DNA from: Porphyridium purpureum
Lineage: Eukaryota
Assembly: GCA_008690995.1 (NCBI GenBank)
Contig: VRMN01000006.1
Span: forward strand, 124,001 to 188,000
Length of the DNA stretch: 64,000 bases
Direction: 5' to 3'
Below the pieces are notes generated by a model, which ran no database searches, was not told the origin of the DNA, and worked only from the letters and a program-made list of their open reading frames with translations. A program made the position numbers and the translations under genes. Positions 60,655 to 64,000 of this stretch are shown piece by piece. Position 1 is the first letter of the stretch, and each line of letters begins with the position of its first letter.

Positions 60655-62670
60655 CTAGTGAAACTTTCCGTACGGAACTACTTCGTTCGAAAACAAATCA
60701 ATTACTGAGTGAAAATCGGAGCGAAAATGAACCTCAATATCACGAACCACGGCTTCGTTCTGTAGACGCCACGCGGCCCAGAACGCGCCGTAGTAGAAGC
60801 GTACATAATCAGCGTCCACACCCTGTAGATCTAACACGTTCAAACCGGAATGCATTAGGCACCGGAAGTACTCCGTCAGCAGGGCGCGCTTCGGTTCATC
60901 ACCCTCCTCGTCGAGTTGCGCCACAAAGATGCGGGTGAGATGATAGGCACAGTGCTGAATCTGCACTTCTGTGGCAGAAAATTCCGAAACGAGGAGCAAG
61001 AGGCGATAAGCGCGAAAGAAGAATCTGCAAAGAAACTGTTTGCAGGGAGTCGACGCCGCAGAAATGCCTGCCGATAATCGAAGAATGACCTCTCCGAGGG
61101 CATCGAACTCTTGACCTGTTTCCAACGAGAGCATGGTCCTGCACACAACACACAACCAGAGCCGCACCAGGCTCTCTTCATTTGTTAATATCGCCTTGCT
61201 GTACAAGTGAATGTTTTCGGACGAGTGCACGAGTTTAGCCCGCGGCAGAAATTCCCATTCATCTCGAGTAAAAGTCAGAAACGCTATGGCTCCTTCCCAA
61301 TCATACAAGATACCATTTGAGAAACCAAAGACCAGAAGACGGAGCATGCATGAGAGCGCGCCATCAAGGGCTTTGTACTGAGCCGCATACTCCTTTTCTT
61401 GAGCATTTCCTGAAGGCTCCCGCCGAAACGGTGCCGGTGACCCTACTACTCCGCAAATCTCTGACTCGGGCAGTATCAGCCCCGCTTGTGCCAAGCATGC
61501 CAGACAAAAGGCCGGGAATGCTTGCAGCGTTTCAGTCTGGACAACCTGTTTGAATCGAGGTCCTGGCGTCCAATATTGATTGAGCCCACGGTGCTGAAGA
61601 AACGACGCCAAAGCAATCTGCGCTTCTCTGAGCGCAGGAGCTTGATGATGAGAAAACCTTGGCGAGGCAGTAGCGAGGCACTCTTCCGATGCAAAGTAAA
61701 GCAAAAATATTTCTACGCAGGCACCAATGACATCATCATTCATGTGCTCCCATCTGCTTGCGTACCCGAGCAGAAAGTTGAGAAACTGAAAGCAGAGTGC
61801 AAAAGCACACTGCGTACATTGGTGGTCGCGCTTGGCACCAAACGTCAGACATCCAGCCAAAAATGTGAAGCATGATTCGATTTGAAGGGCCTCCACTACC
61901 AGAGCGTGATGGCAGAGGCGATTTAGAACGTGCACAAATTCACGGACAGTCTCAGCGAAAGGGATTTCATTTCGCCATGGCTCGGCAAGTATCTGAATGA
62001 AATTTTGAATTTTCTCACCGCGCACTTCGAGCTCGCGTGGGCGGCAAACCTTGTCCCGCGCGTCAGCAAACAAGCCATAGATCTCTTCGCGGACAAAAAG
62101 TGATAGTAAGGGCCACCCAGACGATGACACACAGAACGGAAGATTCCCGAGACCTAAGAGAAGGCCCAATAACTCGGTCATCCTAGGCAGTGTTCGATCT
62201 GATGACGCCATTCTCTTATCATGGACGTCTCCGCTCCTGGTTCCCGAGAAGAGGGCGTGGAAAAACCACCGCAACGCTCGAATCGGGTACAAGCAGACAA
62301 AGCACGATAACAACATTCGGCCTTCAGCTGTCGGATTCTCGGGTGCTCTGCAAGCATAGTTGCACAGCCTGGTCAGTGTCAAGCGGAATTCCTTCTCTTC
62401 GTGGACATTAAGTATTTCCCTGTCCTCGGCACCGCCGCTAACTTTCCACAAGCTTTCTGCATACAGATTGACCTCGTCGCGACTTGTCAACACTTTCATC
62501 ATGTACTCCACGACACGCGCGTCTTCGCCGGGCTTGTCGTGCGCGCCTGCTGCCAGCCTTTGCCATGCCTGCTCGTTCGCCGCTTTGTCCTCACTGCGTC
62601 CCCATTTATGCAGCAAGGCGCGTTGAATCTCGCGGTGCGCTCCGCTGAGTCCAAGAAGCTCGTCCTGCAT
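60655..62670 (-). CDS. Uncharacterised helical, Leu/Phe/Cys-rich protein (5' end uncertain)
   Basis: 671-codon ORF with protein-like composition and no family recognised. The frame stays open about 26 codons upstream of the ATG to a TAA. Confidence 0.6.
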   Translation of the reverse strand: MQDELLGLSGAHREIQRALLHKWGRSEDKAANEQAWQRLAAGAHDKPGEDARVVEYMMKVLTSRDEVNLYAESLWKVSGGAEDREILNVHEEKEFRLTLTRLCNYACRAPENPTAEGRMLLSCFVCLYPIRALRWFFHALFSGTRSGDVHDKRMASSDRTLPRMTELLGLLLGLGNLPFCVSSSGWPLLSLFVREEIYGLFADARDKVCRPRELEVRGEKIQNFIQILAEPWRNEIPFAETVREFVHVLNRLCHHALVVEALQIESCFTFLAGCLTFGAKRDHQCTQCAFALCFQFLNFLLGYASRWEHMNDDVIGACVEIFLLYFASEECLATASPRFSHHQAPALREAQIALASFLQHRGLNQYWTPGPRFKQVVQTETLQAFPAFCLACLAQAGLILPESEICGVVGSPAPFRREPSGNAQEKEYAAQYKALDGALSCMLRLLVFGFSNGILYDWEGAIAFLTFTRDEWEFLPRAKLVHSSENIHLYSKAILTNEESLVRLWLCVVCRTMLSLETGQEFDALGEVILRLSAGISAASTPCKQFLCRFFFRAYRLLLLVSEFSATEVQIQHCAYHLTRIFVAQLDEEGDEPKRALLTEYFRCLMHSGLNVLDLQGVDADYVRFYYGAFWAAWRLQNEAVVRDIEVHFRSDFHSVIDLFSNEVVPYGKFH

Positions 62671-63336
62671 CCCGAGCCCACGGAGCCGTGGCCTAGCAAA
62701 GCAGGATCGGCGAAGCCAAGCATGCGTCTGAAGTCGTGCCAGATAATCTTATCCACGTGTGCCCCAGTCAGTCCATCGGAGCACGTGGTGGTGAGTCCTG
62801 GAGCTTCTCGTTTGTCACGCGTCGCGCAATGTGATCGTCCGTCTGCAGCACTTGTTCTCTTGCGCCACAAATCTGGCGCATCGAGCGCCCGAGCGGCTGA
62901 ACAGCGGCGCTGTCAAGGAGGGGACAGAGGCCGATGCCCCATACCGTGCGTGCACGCATTCAGTGGCGGCTGAGCGCGCAGTACTGGAGTTCGGCTCGGA
63001 AACCGGCGTGATGGGAATGGGCGGGAGTGATGATGCGGACGTACACGACGTCTCCGGCTGGGTGCCAGCTAGTGCATTCGGTGCTCAGTGTGCCGCAGTG
63101 AAGCTTAACTTGGCTTCTGGCATTACACATGCATGTGCAAGAGTGTGACATACTGTTGGCCATCGAGACTATGTGGCTTCAGGAGTTGTTTAACCCGCCT
63201 GCCTACATGATACACACAGCGCTTCAAATAATGCGCGCTGATTCCAGGAGGGGGTTTCCGGGACATCGCCACTCGGCTGAAACTTTCTGCATAACCTTGC
63301 TATGTACATACAAACCCGCGATCAGTGGTTTTGCTC

Positions 63337-64000
63337 CTACTCCGGCTCTTGTCCATTCGTCTCCGTTGCTTCGTTGGCCTCTATTTCTTCGCGCAACATC
63401 GCAGTCAGGATTTCATCCGCCAGCTCTACTATGGACATGTTTCTGGCGTTCGCTGCCATACGCATTCTTTGGATTGTGCGTACTTGAAGCGCAAGGCGAG
63501 GATCGGAGCCTGTGTCCGCATTCCCGTTTCCTTCACGAGGTGCGTTCTTTTCTTTCCTTGTCCGGAGACTATTGTTGGAGCGTGACCCACCGAAATCCAT
63601 TGTTGAACAGAAATCACCAAACGATAGGTCAGGCGAGGATGCGGTCGCGTGTAGCCAGTTCTTAAGAATTGGCTCCAGGCTCGCCAAAAGATCGTCTTCA
63701 GCCAAGGATTCATGCCAAAGTAACCCGGCTCGGTCGCCGGCGGAAGATCCACCCAAGTAGACATCGAACGTTGGCCCATTTTCGCTTGCGAGTTGTCGTT
63801 GCAATAAACCGATCTCCCCGAGCGCACACACCCCTCGCGCAGACCTTCTCAAGTCAGAATATTCGAGCTTGACCGTCACTGGCCGAAGCTGAATGGAAGG
63901 CGTCTGCCTCGCCTGGTCAGCCGCCCAAGCATTCAAGCGTTTCATCACCGAGTTCAGTGAGATATGCGCAGCCTGCACGGCCGCTGGAGCGGCCGCTTTC
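63337..64000 (-). CDS. C-terminal part of a sulfite/nitrite reductase-like protein (5'-truncated by window edge), degenerate cofactor motif
   Basis: 'ALGEIGLL...FDVYLGG...DLLASLEPILKNW...SFGDFCSTMDF' matches the ferredoxin-sulfite reductase C-terminus. The frame is open to the window end. Confidence 0.65.
   Translation of the reverse strand, partial: KAAAPAAVQAAHISLNSVMKRLNAWAADQARQTPSIQLRPVTVKLEYSDLRRSARGVCALGEIGLLQRQLASENGPTFDVYLGGSSAGDRAGLLWHESLAEDDLLASLEPILKNWLHATASSPDLSFGDFCSTMDFGGSRSNNSLRTRKEKNAPREGNGNADTGSDPRLALQVRTIQRMRMAANARNMSIVELADEILTAMLREEIEANEATETNGQEPE

Noticed and set aside
1..64000. CRISPR arrays, rRNA/tRNA genes, intact transposons or prokaryotic defence systems
   Set aside because: No repeat-spacer arrays, transposase/RT/integrase ORFs, LTRs or TIRs recognised. 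Gene content is eukaryotic nuclear.

Overview
Gene-dense, GC-rich, apparently intronless eukaryotic nuclear DNA. Compact spacing and N-terminal MAF/MAY-type plastid transit peptides suggest a unicellular red alga such as Porphyridium (inference). About 33 protein-coding genes are supported. Housekeeping: ERCC8/CSA, Derlin, PUM3, Nup54, DPH4, LARP, CNOT10, RAD54B-like, SAM50, NDUFA5, PRMT1, ATAD3, AsnRS. Lipid/sterol enzymes: WS/DGAT, KCR-like SDR, acyl-CoA oxidase, 3-beta-HSD. Predicted plastid proteins: CYP38, DUF1350, two rubredoxin-domain proteins, PGM, PfkB. No rRNA, tRNA, CRISPR array or intact mobile element was recognised. The most notable oddities are: a phosphate acetyltransferase with an inserted EF-hand; two apparent pseudo-enzymes (a DUF815 ATPase with broken Walker motifs and a sulfite-reductase-like protein lacking the TGCPNGC cysteines); an MIT+RING fusion ending 32 bp before the PGM start; an RBR E3 gene with an in-frame TGA; an overlapping uORF at acyl-CoA oxidase; and two recurrent promoter motifs (ATRAACCG arrays and CTGTAC clusters). 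All family assignments are from motif recognition by eye, not from database searches.
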